Shown piece by piece: positions 18,750 to 26,038 of a stretch of 64,000 nt of DNA. A program made the position numbers and the translations under genes. The notes beneath the pieces are model-generated. The model saw nothing but the letters and a program-made list of their open reading frames with translations. It was not told the DNA's origin and made no database searches. Source of the stretch: an uncultured bacterium (GTDB taxonomy: Bacteria > CAYJRR01); NCBI GenBank assembly GCA_964372275.1, contig CAYJRR010000003.1, positions 12,638-76,637 on the forward strand, given 5' to 3'. The number at the start of each line of letters is the position of its first letter. Within the stretch, counting starts at the first letter, position 1.

Positions 18750-18812
18750 CCAGGAATAACTATAATTAAGTATCATTTTATATCATTGTCAATAAAGAAT
18801 ATCGATCTTGTA
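18750..18812. promoter_or_regulatory. AT-rich island (about 25% GC across 60 bp) containing TTGACA on the minus strand and TATAAT on the plus strand. Likely a divergent promoter region.
   Basis: ggaataacTATAATtaagtatcattttatatcattgtcaataaagaatatcgat. The reverse strand reads TTGACAatgatataaaatgatacTTAATT. Confidence 0.4.
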
Positions 18813-18864
18813 GGTCGCCTCCGCCAGTGGCGGCGGCGCTCGGAAAGGGGCAGGCTAGGAGGCC

Positions 18865-19611
18865 ATGGCTCGCGGGGGGTCGGTGGCGCCCGGGTCCGGC
18901 GTGGGGCGGTGGCGATCGACGCGGGCGTCGCTTCCCGGAGCGGCGCTCCTGTCGCTGGTGGCCTGCGCGGAGCGGCCGACGATCCCCGGGGCCGTCCCCT
19001 TTCCGAGGGCGCCGGCGGCGCCGGTGCTCGTTTCCGACGCGACGCTCCTCCTCGCCGGGGAGACGGTTCGGTTCTTCGATCCCCGCAGCGGAATCGGGAC
19101 GACGCTTCCGGAGGGCTGGGCCGGAAGCCTTCGCTTTCCCGCCGACGACAGCGGACCGCCGCCCGAGGGGGAGGTGCGCGCCCGATTCCGCTAGCCGGTG
19201 CCGGAGGGGTGCATCGTCGATCTGTCGATCGAAGCGGCGCTGCCACCCGACGAGGCGGCGGTGAAGGCCCTCCTTGCGCGGGGACGGGAGATCTACTACC
19301 TCGCTCGAGTCGACTGGCCGTCCCCCATCCTCCCGGTCGACGCCATCTGGACGGCCACCTTCCTGCCGCCGACGCCGGAGCGCGTCGACCTCGGCTATTG
19401 GCTGTCGACCGGCCCACGGACGGTGCGCGTCGAGGCCCGCGCGCCGTCCGAGCGACTGAGCGACTGCAAGGAACGGCTCGACGAGATCGTGCGCGCCCTC
19501 ACCGGCGGGGAGGGGTTCGGAGCGGCTCCGACGGAGCCCGACGGTCGGACCGACCCGGTCAGTCCCGGATCAGGAGCACGTACATCGCCACCCCCGAGAT
19601 CACGAGGATGA
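18865..19611 (+). pseudogene. Lipoprotein gene interrupted by an in-frame TAG at 19192..19194. Either a pseudogene or two adjacent genes in the same frame.
   Basis: 18865..19194 encodes a signal peptide with lipobox LSLVAC. 19198..19611 continues in the same frame after TAG-CCG. Both parts have high GC3. Confidence 0.3.
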
Positions 19612-19885
19612 GACCGGCGAAGATCCAGACGTTCGCCGTCGAGTCGGCGGCCGCGAGCCGGTCTTTCAGCACGGTGTGGTGGACCACACCCCACGCGGCG
19701 AGCCCGCCGATGTAGCAGGTGAGGAACCCCTTCCAACCCCGGAACAGCGCGAGCAGGCAGAAGCCGGCCGAGATCCCCAGGAACCACGGATTGTGGATCG
19801 CCTTGTCGAAGTCGGGGTGCGTGAGGAACTGGTTCGTCGCGTCGAGCGCCTGCTTCCAGTCGACGGCGGCGAGCAGGAGGGGCAT
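19559..19885 (-). CDS. Small membrane protein (108 aa, 3 TM), hypothetical
   Basis: MPLLLAAVDWKQ... followed by hydrophobic segments. It forms the C-terminal part of the 374-aa ORF-track entry, whose upstream part is an artefact. Confidence 0.5.
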   Translation of the reverse strand: MPLLLAAVDWKQALDATNQFLTHPDFDKAIHNPWFLGISAGFCLLALFRGWKGFLTCYIGGLAAWGVVHHTVLKDRLAAADSTANVWIFAGLILVISGVAMYVLLIRD

Positions 19886-19898
19886 AGATAGATAGTAA

Positions 19899-19975
19899 CC
19901 GGATCGGATCGGTTCGGATTCGGATACCGATACCGATCGGATCCGAACACCGTCGGATACGGCTACGGCGATCCG
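19899..19975 (+). repeat. Hexamer-periodic GGATCG/TTCGGA/TACCGA array, site B
   Basis: GGATCG GATCGG TTCGGA TTCGGA TACCGA TACCGA TCGGAT CCGAAC ... in the gap between two minus-strand genes. Confidence 0.3.
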
Positions 19976-20856
19976 TTCCAGGGCAGGCGGCCGCCGAGGG
20001 TCGACCCCGCGGCGCCGAGTCGATACAAGCCACGCCGCGCGCGAAGGACACGCGCGGCGAAGGCCTTGGCCGGTCCCCGGCGGAATCGCCGCTCGCGAAG
20101 GTAGACCGCGAGCAGCCGCAGCCACGACCGCCGGTTCACCTCGGCCCAGGTCGTGAGCAGCAGCATCCGGAGGTCGAGCGCCTGCACGTGGCGACGAAGC
20201 GCCTCCGGCAACGGACGCAGGTCCTTGGCCCGATCGAGGTCGATCAGCCAGAGACGCCGCCGTCCGGCGGGTCCGGCGATCACCACGTTGCTGGCGGTGA
20301 AGTCGCCGTGGAAGAAGCCGCCGGCGTGGAGTTGGGCGGCGAGGATCGCCACCTCCCGTAGAAGCGGTCCCGCCGCCGATCCGGCCGCGCGCAGGCGCTT
20401 GAGCTCGTCGGTGAGCAGCGTTCCGTCGTCGAGAGGGCGGGCGAGAAGGAGCGTCTCCCGGTGAAGCAGGCCCGCGCGGCGGCGGAGGAGCAGGAGCGGC
20501 TCCGGGGTGGCGACCCCGGCGGCGGAAAGCAGGCGCCCCATCCTCCAGGAGGTCTCGCCCCGTGTCGGGAAGAGCAGGTCGAACGCCAGCGCGAGACGAT
20601 TCTTCGGGAGGTAGTACTTGGCGTGGACCGGACGCCCCAGCGCCTCCGCCGGCAGGCGCATCGCCGCGCGATGGGGCCGCCATCGATCGAGGGCCCCGCC
20701 GTCCGGCAGCGCCTGCGCGAGCGCGTCGCGGCCGCCATCGGGTCGAAGCCGAGGGAACCAGGCGACGGCCGCCCGCACGAACGGATCGTCGACCCCCGCC
20801 GCGATCACCGCCGAGACGTCACCGATCCGGGCGAACCGTTCTTCGAGGCTGGTCAA
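19963..20856 (-). CDS. Lipopolysaccharide (Kdo/WaaP-type) kinase-family protein
   Basis: FFHGDFTASNVVI ... LIDLDRAK resembles the Kdo-kinase/InaA catalytic loop. Confidence 0.55.
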   Translation of the reverse strand: MTSLEERFARIGDVSAVIAAGVDDPFVRAAVAWFPRLRPDGGRDALAQALPDGGALDRWRPHRAAMRLPAEALGRPVHAKYYLPKNRLALAFDLLFPTRGETSWRMGRLLSAAGVATPEPLLLLRRRAGLLHRETLLLARPLDDGTLLTDELKRLRAAGSAAGPLLREVAILAAQLHAGGFFHGDFTASNVVIAGPAGRRRLWLIDLDRAKDLRPLPEALRRHVQALDLRMLLLTTWAEVNRRSWLRLLAVYLRERRFRRGPAKAFAARVLRARRGLYRLGAAGSTLGGRLPWNGSP

Positions 20857-20919
20857 CGGCCCGATTTTGGCCTACGCGAGTCGCCGTGTCCGGGAAAAAT
20901 CGGTCGCCGTCGACGATCG
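20815..20919 (+). repeat. Direct repeat copy 1 of about 105 bp (pairs with 22962..23065)
   Basis: GTCACCGATCCGGGCGAACCGTTCTTCGAGGCTGGTCAACGGCCCGATTTTGGCCTACGCGAGTCGCCGTGTCCGGGAAAAATCGGTCGCCGTCGACGATCG is about 90% identical to the second copy. Confidence 0.6.
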
Positions 20920-20933
20920 CACGCACCGATCCG

Positions 20934-23003
20934 TCACTCCGGCGGAGCCAGGTCCCTCGGCATCAGCAACCAGAACCGGCCGGTGGGGCTGCGTGATTCG
21001 ATGAAGTAGTTCGCCTCGGCGAAGTGGAGGAACGGCCTCCAGTGCAGCAGCTCCGGGGATCGTTGGAGCATCCTCGAATCGAGGACGAGCACCCGGTCGG
21101 ACGCGTGTTTCTTGACGGTCTCCACGAGCCGGTCCCGATCGTGAACGGTCAGGATCTCGGTGAGGCTGGGATGGAAGGCCGGCGGTGTGCCGGTCTTCAG
21201 GTAGAGGGTCGACGCGTTCAGCGACAGGAACAACGGTCGCCCGCGGGCGGGAAGGGATGCGAGGAAGGCCTGGTCGGGGTCGGCTTCCCCCTCGCCGCGC
21301 GCGTCTGCCCACAGGCGCCGCCATCGCTCCGCGAGGTGGAAACGGAGGTCGTATCCGGCGGCCAGTCCGGTCGCAAGCCACGACAGCAGGACCAGGGCCA
21401 CTCCGGAGGCGCACGCTCGGGACCGGGTCGTCGCCAGGAACCTCCGGACGAAGATCGTTCCGAGAAAGATCGCCGGCCAGGACACACCCACGAAGACCCG
21501 CCAATGGCTCCGCCCCTGGTAGTACACGAACAGTCCCGTTCCGACGACGGTGAGCACCAGGACGAGCGCGTGTCGTTCGGTCGCGGCGCCGTCGCGGCGA
21601 ACGAGCGGACGGATCGAATAGGCAAGGCCGAAGACGTAGACGATGGCGGCAAGCTGCCAGCTCTCGCGAATCGACATCGGCAACATGCCGAATCCGCTCC
21701 CGTAGAAGGTCTTCTGGTAGCTCCAGTGGGCGGCCCAGTCGGGAAAGGCGCCGACCCCGACGCGAAATGCCAGCGAGAACGCCGCGACGGCGGCGGCCAA
21801 GACGAGCAGTCCGGAGCCGACGCGGCCTGCGGCGGCGGCGATCGCCGAACGCTGGAACGGACGCCGCGCAAGCTCGCGATACGCGAGAAAGGCGAGCCAC
21901 GCGACGAAGGCCACGATTCCGGATTCGAGATTCCAGAGCACCCCCACCGAGAGGAACGCCGTGGCGATCCACCGGTAGCGCGCGGGCCGGGGGCGGGTCG
22001 CCATGGCGGCCGCCAGCCCGATCGCCGACGCGGGGAAGAGGACCCGAATCGGGAGCAGTTGGAAATAGGGGTCCAGGAGAAACCGGTTCCCGAGGAGCGC
22101 GACCCCCTTCGCATGGGACGCGAGAAAGGAGAACGAGACCCCCGCCGCCCAGCCGAGCGTCGCGAACCACAGCTCGCCGGTCGCGCGGCGCAACGCGATC
22201 CAGAGCAGGACCAGGGCCACCACGGTCAGAGCCGTGAACGTCAACGAGTATCGGACGACGTCGAGTCCGATGAGCTTGAACAGCGGCGCGAGGAGCACGC
22301 CATAGAGGCCGTACTGGGCGCCGGAGTCGAGGAGCGGCGGATGCCCGCGAACGGAGGACAGGACCGAGTGGAACGCGGACTCGAAGTGTCCATCGGACGT
22401 ATGCACGTACGGATCCGACGTCGAAAAGACTCCCACGCCGATCAACGGCGCGCAGACCGCCGCGACGATCGCCCACGCGACCAGGAGCTCGAGTCGAGGC
22501 GAAACCCGACCCGCCCATCGGGCCGACACCAGCCCGGCGAGACACGCGGGAACGACGAAAAACGGGTGGGCCGGGAGGGCGTGCAAGCTCCAGTACGGGA
22601 AGGGGTCGCCCGTATGGGTCCAGAGCGCGACCCCGCCGCCGAGGAGCGCCAGCGACCAACACCAGGCCCTCGGCCCATGCGACGTCCACCGATCCAGTCG
22701 CCGGTCGAGCTTCCATCCGAACCAGACCAGGAAGAAGAGAGGAAACCATAGAAGGGCGGCCTGGAAGACGGCCGATTCCGCCGGCTCCGGACGGACCCAG
22801 AATCGAACGAGCACATGGGACGAGGCGTCGGCGCGGGCCGGAGGGGTCCGATGGGCGACCAGGAACGCAAGGGGAACGAACAGCGCGATCGCGACGATCG
22901 CCGCCAGCGCGCACGAGACGAATCGGTGCCGCGACACGTGACGCTCGGAGTCGACGTCCGCGGCGTCGCCGATCCGGGCGGCCCCTTCTTCGAAGCTGGT
23001 CAA
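20934..23003 (-). CDS. Large polytopic membrane protein (689 aa, 12 or more TM), possibly an ArnT/PMT-like glycosyl- or aminoarabinosyl-transferase
   Basis: Many hydrophobic helices with Trp/Arg-rich loops. The N-terminal 15 aa are encoded inside repeat copy 2. I did not find a catalytic motif. Confidence 0.6.
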   Translation of the reverse strand: MTSFEEGAARIGDAADVDSERHVSRHRFVSCALAAIVAIALFVPLAFLVAHRTPPARADASSHVLVRFWVRPEPAESAVFQAALLWFPLFFLVWFGWKLDRRLDRWTSHGPRAWCWSLALLGGGVALWTHTGDPFPYWSLHALPAHPFFVVPACLAGLVSARWAGRVSPRLELLVAWAIVAAVCAPLIGVGVFSTSDPYVHTSDGHFESAFHSVLSSVRGHPPLLDSGAQYGLYGVLLAPLFKLIGLDVVRYSLTFTALTVVALVLLWIALRRATGELWFATLGWAAGVSFSFLASHAKGVALLGNRFLLDPYFQLLPIRVLFPASAIGLAAAMATRPRPARYRWIATAFLSVGVLWNLESGIVAFVAWLAFLAYRELARRPFQRSAIAAAAGRVGSGLLVLAAAVAAFSLAFRVGVGAFPDWAAHWSYQKTFYGSGFGMLPMSIRESWQLAAIVYVFGLAYSIRPLVRRDGAATERHALVLVLTVVGTGLFVYYQGRSHWRVFVGVSWPAIFLGTIFVRRFLATTRSRACASGVALVLLSWLATGLAAGYDLRFHLAERWRRLWADARGEGEADPDQAFLASLPARGRPLFLSLNASTLYLKTGTPPAFHPSLTEILTVHDRDRLVETVKKHASDRVLVLDSRMLQRSPELLHWRPFLHFAEANYFIESRSPTGRFWLLMPRDLAPPE

Positions 23004-23065
23004 CGGGCCGATTTTGGCCTACACGAGTCGTCGTGTCCGGGAAAAATCCGATGCTGTCGATGACC
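22962..23065 (+). repeat. Direct repeat copy 2 of about 105 bp
   Basis: See copy 1. This copy spans the start codon of the membrane-protein gene on the minus strand and the start of yicC on the plus strand. Confidence 0.6.
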
Positions 23066-23989
23066 GGATTCGGCGGCGCCGAGGCGAAACTGCCCGGCGG
23101 GCGCGTCGTGGTCGAGATCAAGTCGGTCAACCACCGGTACCTCGACGTCTCGGTCAAGGGACCTCGCGAATACGCCGCGCTCGAGGCGCGGATGGTCGAC
23201 GCGGTGCGCGGACGGCTGCGCCGCGGGAAGGTCGACTGCTTCGTCACCCGGCTCGTGGAGGAGCTTCCCGAAGGGGGGGTTCGGGTGAACGAGGGGCTCG
23301 CCCGTGGCCTTCGCGCGGCGTTCGAACGCCTTCGCTCCGAGCTGTCCCTCCCCGGCGAGGTCACCCTGGAGATGATCGCGGCGTTTCGCGACGTGGTGGC
23401 GGTCGACGCCGGGGCGGCCGACACCGAGCGTGACTGGCCCGCCCTCGAACGGGCGACGGCTTCGGCGCTCGACCGGCTGGTCGCGATGCGGCGTGAAGAG
23501 GGGCTGCGCCTGGCCGCGAGCCTTCGTGAGCTCGCCGCGGCGATGCGAGCGCTCTGGGGAAGGGCTTCGGCCCGGGCGCCGGCGGTGGTCGAGGAGTCGG
23601 CGGCCCGTCTCAAGGACCGGCTCGCGCGACTGCTGGGCGCCGCCGCCGGTACGGCGCCGGCGGCCGGCGTCAAGCCGGCGGCCGCCGCGGCCACCGTCGA
23701 GGAGTCGGCGCTCGATCCGGGGCGCCTGGCGCTGGAGGTGGCGATCCTCGCCGAACGGTCCGACGTCCACGAGGAGTTGGTGCGCCTGGAAAGCCATTTG
23801 GGGCAGCTCGAGAGTGCGATCGACGCAGGCGGGGAGATCGGTCGCAAGCTCGACTTCCTGTTGCAGGAGATCGGCCGTGAGGTGAACACGCTCGGCTCCA
23901 AGGCCAACGACGCGGAGCTCTCCCGCACGGTGATCGAGATGAAGTCGGTGGCGGAGCGGATCCGAGAGCAGATCCAGAACCTGGAATGA
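23051..23989 (+). CDS. yicC: YicC-family stress-induced protein (YicC N-terminal domain plus DUF1732)
   Basis: MLSMTGFGGAE N-terminus and a conserved C-terminal EIGRKLDFLLQEIGREVNTLGSKAND. Confidence 0.65.
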   Translation: MLSMTGFGGAEAKLPGGRVVVEIKSVNHRYLDVSVKGPREYAALEARMVDAVRGRLRRGKVDCFVTRLVEELPEGGVRVNEGLARGLRAAFERLRSELSLPGEVTLEMIAAFRDVVAVDAGAADTERDWPALERATASALDRLVAMRREEGLRLAASLRELAAAMRALWGRASARAPAVVEESAARLKDRLARLLGAAAGTAPAAGVKPAAAAATVEESALDPGRLALEVAILAERSDVHEELVRLESHLGQLESAIDAGGEIGRKLDFLLQEIGREVNTLGSKANDAELSRTVIEMKSVAERIREQIQNLE

Positions 23990-25992
23990 GACGGCGCGTG
24001 ACGACGGCGTTCCCGGCGAGGGCGATCGCGACGGTGTCGATCGTGACGGCCGCCGCGGCATCGCCCGCAATCGCCGACGCGCGCGTCCTCGAGCGGGTGG
24101 CCGTCTTCGCGGTCGTCGAGGATCCCAACTCGGCCGGCGTCCTCGAACGGGCGATCGAAGCGGAGGTGAGCCGGATCCCGATGGAGGTCCGGCAGGGTTC
24201 GGAGATCGCCGCGACGCTCAACGGCCGGGACGACCGCGCCGTCGGCACGCCGCTCGACGAGTACGACCGCAAGGAGCTGGCGGCGCTCCTGGCGCGCGCG
24301 CGGCGGGCCTACGTCTCCGACCAGCTCGCTGGCGCGCTCGACCATCTGGCCGAGGCGCAGGACCTGTTCGAGGGCCGACAAGCCTCGAGCGAGGATCGGA
24401 TCCGCGTCCACCTCCTGCGCGCCGCCGTCTTCCTGGAGATGGGGGAGCGCGCGCGGGCGACCTCCGAAGCGCGGGAGATCCTGACCCGCGATCCCGACTA
24501 CTCCGTGAACCTCGACGAGTTTCGCCCGTCGCTCGCGGAGCTGGTCGACCGTGTCCGTGCGGAGTCGGGCCGGACGTTCGCCGTTCGCCTGTCGAACGTC
24601 CCCCGGGGGGCGTCGATCTTCGTCGACGAGCGTCCGGTCGGCGCCTCCACCCTCCAGGTGACGGGCGGCCGGCACCGGTTGGAGGTCCGGGCGCCAGGGT
24701 TCCGCTCGGTGTCGCTCGATCTCGAGGGAACCCCCGGCAGCGCCGTCGCGGTCCACCTCGCGGTCGCACTCTCCCAAGGGAACCGTCGCGCGCTCACCGA
24801 CGGCGCATGGAGGAAACGGCCGCCGGCGCTTTCGCGTTGGCGGCTGGCGTTCCTGGCGCGGCGCCTCGGCGTGACCCACCTCGTCGTTGTGGCCGATCGC
24901 GAGGGGGAACGACGCGCCGCCATCTGGCACAAGGGGAAGGTCGCGGTGAGCGGATCCGAATGGCCCGACGCCGACGGCGATGCCCGCCTGAAGGCCTGGA
25001 TCGTCCACCGACTGAAGTCCGATCCGTTCGCGGAGGTGGACGGCGAGCCGGCCCCTCCCGCTCGTGCGCCGGCGGTTTCGTCGCCGACGACCGCCTCCTC
25101 GCCCCACCGGGAGGCGGCCTCCGGTTCGCCGCCGGCATCGGGCGCGGCGCCCGACGCGGCCTCGTCCCCGCCGGCGCCCGTGGCATCGGCCCTGCCGCCG
25201 GCCTCCGAGCGACCGGCCTCGGGTGGATGGACGCTGCGTTGGCCGCGGGGATGGGAGGCGCGTCTCGCCGCAACGGGGGGGTGGCGGGAGCGGCGGGAAC
25301 GGCTCCGCGGCGTCGACGGTGGCGGGATCGCCACCTGGTTCGGCGGCGCGACGACCCAGGTCGAGGTGGAGGTGGCGCGCGATGCCTGGATCGGATCGCT
25401 CGACCTGGCGTGGAGCCAGTACGGCCTCCGCGCCGCGGAGGTGGAGGCGGAGCGCGCCCGACCGCGCGTGCGGGGCGGTAGCGCGTCGGAGGGGCGCGTC
25501 GCCGCCGGCTACGAGCGGCGATTCGGCGGAGCGACCGGGGCCTCGCCGCGCGTCGTCGGATGGACCGGAATCGCCTGGGAACGGCACCGCGCGCGTGACG
25601 TGCGGGATGCCGCCGGCGCCATCGGGCTCCTTCCGTCGCGTTCGGTGGTGGGCTGGGAGCTGGGGGCCGAGGGGTCGGCCTCGCTCCCCGCCATCCCCAA
25701 CGCTCCGACGCGCCTGTCGGCGGGGATCGTGTTCGCGCCGTGGATCTCCTGGCGGGAGCGCCCCGACGGTGCCCGCGGATCCGGCGTCGAATCGGCGCGC
25801 GGCAGCGGCTTCGAGCTGGCCGCCGAGTGGGAGCGGCCGGACGGCTGGATCCTGCGCGCCGGGTACGACTACCGAGAGCGCCACGTCCGCTACGGCGGTG
25901 TCGGCGAGGCGCGGATCGAACCGGCGCTCCGCGAGGCGCGCCACCGCGACGAGCGTCACACCCTCGCCGTTTCGGTTCGGCGCGTCTTCTAG
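23986..25992 (+). CDS. Secreted protein with an N-terminal PEGA-like domain and a C-terminal beta-rich (possibly outer-membrane) domain, hypothetical
   Basis: ATGA overlap with the yicC stop. PEGA-like segment FAVRLSNVPRGASIFVDERPVG...RHRLEVRAPGF. The C-terminus is rich in W/G/R/E/Y beta-strand-like alternations. Confidence 0.55.
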   Translation: MRRRVTTAFPARAIATVSIVTAAAASPAIADARVLERVAVFAVVEDPNSAGVLERAIEAEVSRIPMEVRQGSEIAATLNGRDDRAVGTPLDEYDRKELAALLARARRAYVSDQLAGALDHLAEAQDLFEGRQASSEDRIRVHLLRAAVFLEMGERARATSEAREILTRDPDYSVNLDEFRPSLAELVDRVRAESGRTFAVRLSNVPRGASIFVDERPVGASTLQVTGGRHRLEVRAPGFRSVSLDLEGTPGSAVAVHLAVALSQGNRRALTDGAWRKRPPALSRWRLAFLARRLGVTHLVVVADREGERRAAIWHKGKVAVSGSEWPDADGDARLKAWIVHRLKSDPFAEVDGEPAPPARAPAVSSPTTASSPHREAASGSPPASGAAPDAASSPPAPVASALPPASERPASGGWTLRWPRGWEARLAATGGWRERRERLRGVDGGGIATWFGGATTQVEVEVARDAWIGSLDLAWSQYGLRAAEVEAERARPRVRGGSASEGRVAAGYERRFGGATGASPRVVGWTGIAWERHRARDVRDAAGAIGLLPSRSVVGWELGAEGSASLPAIPNAPTRLSAGIVFAPWISWRERPDGARGSGVESARGSGFELAAEWERPDGWILRAGYDYRERHVRYGGVGEARIEPALREARHRDERHTLAVSVRRVF

Positions 25993-26026
25993 GGGTTCGG
26001 GGAGGCCCCGAGGGAGCCCGAAGGGC
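25992..26026 (+). repeat. REP-like double-hairpin element, copy 2
   Basis: GGGGTTCGGGGAGGCCCCGAGGGAGCCCGAAGGGCC, starting at the stop codon of the upstream gene. Confidence 0.4.
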
Positions 26027-26038
26027 CGACCACCGCCG

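Noticed and set aside
23033-23050. ORF-track start of yicC at 23033
   Set aside because: YicC family proteins begin M(L/I)xSMTGFG. ATG 23051 gives MLSMTGFGG directly. The upstream extension (MSGKNP) comes from a non-ATG start inside the duplicated repeat.
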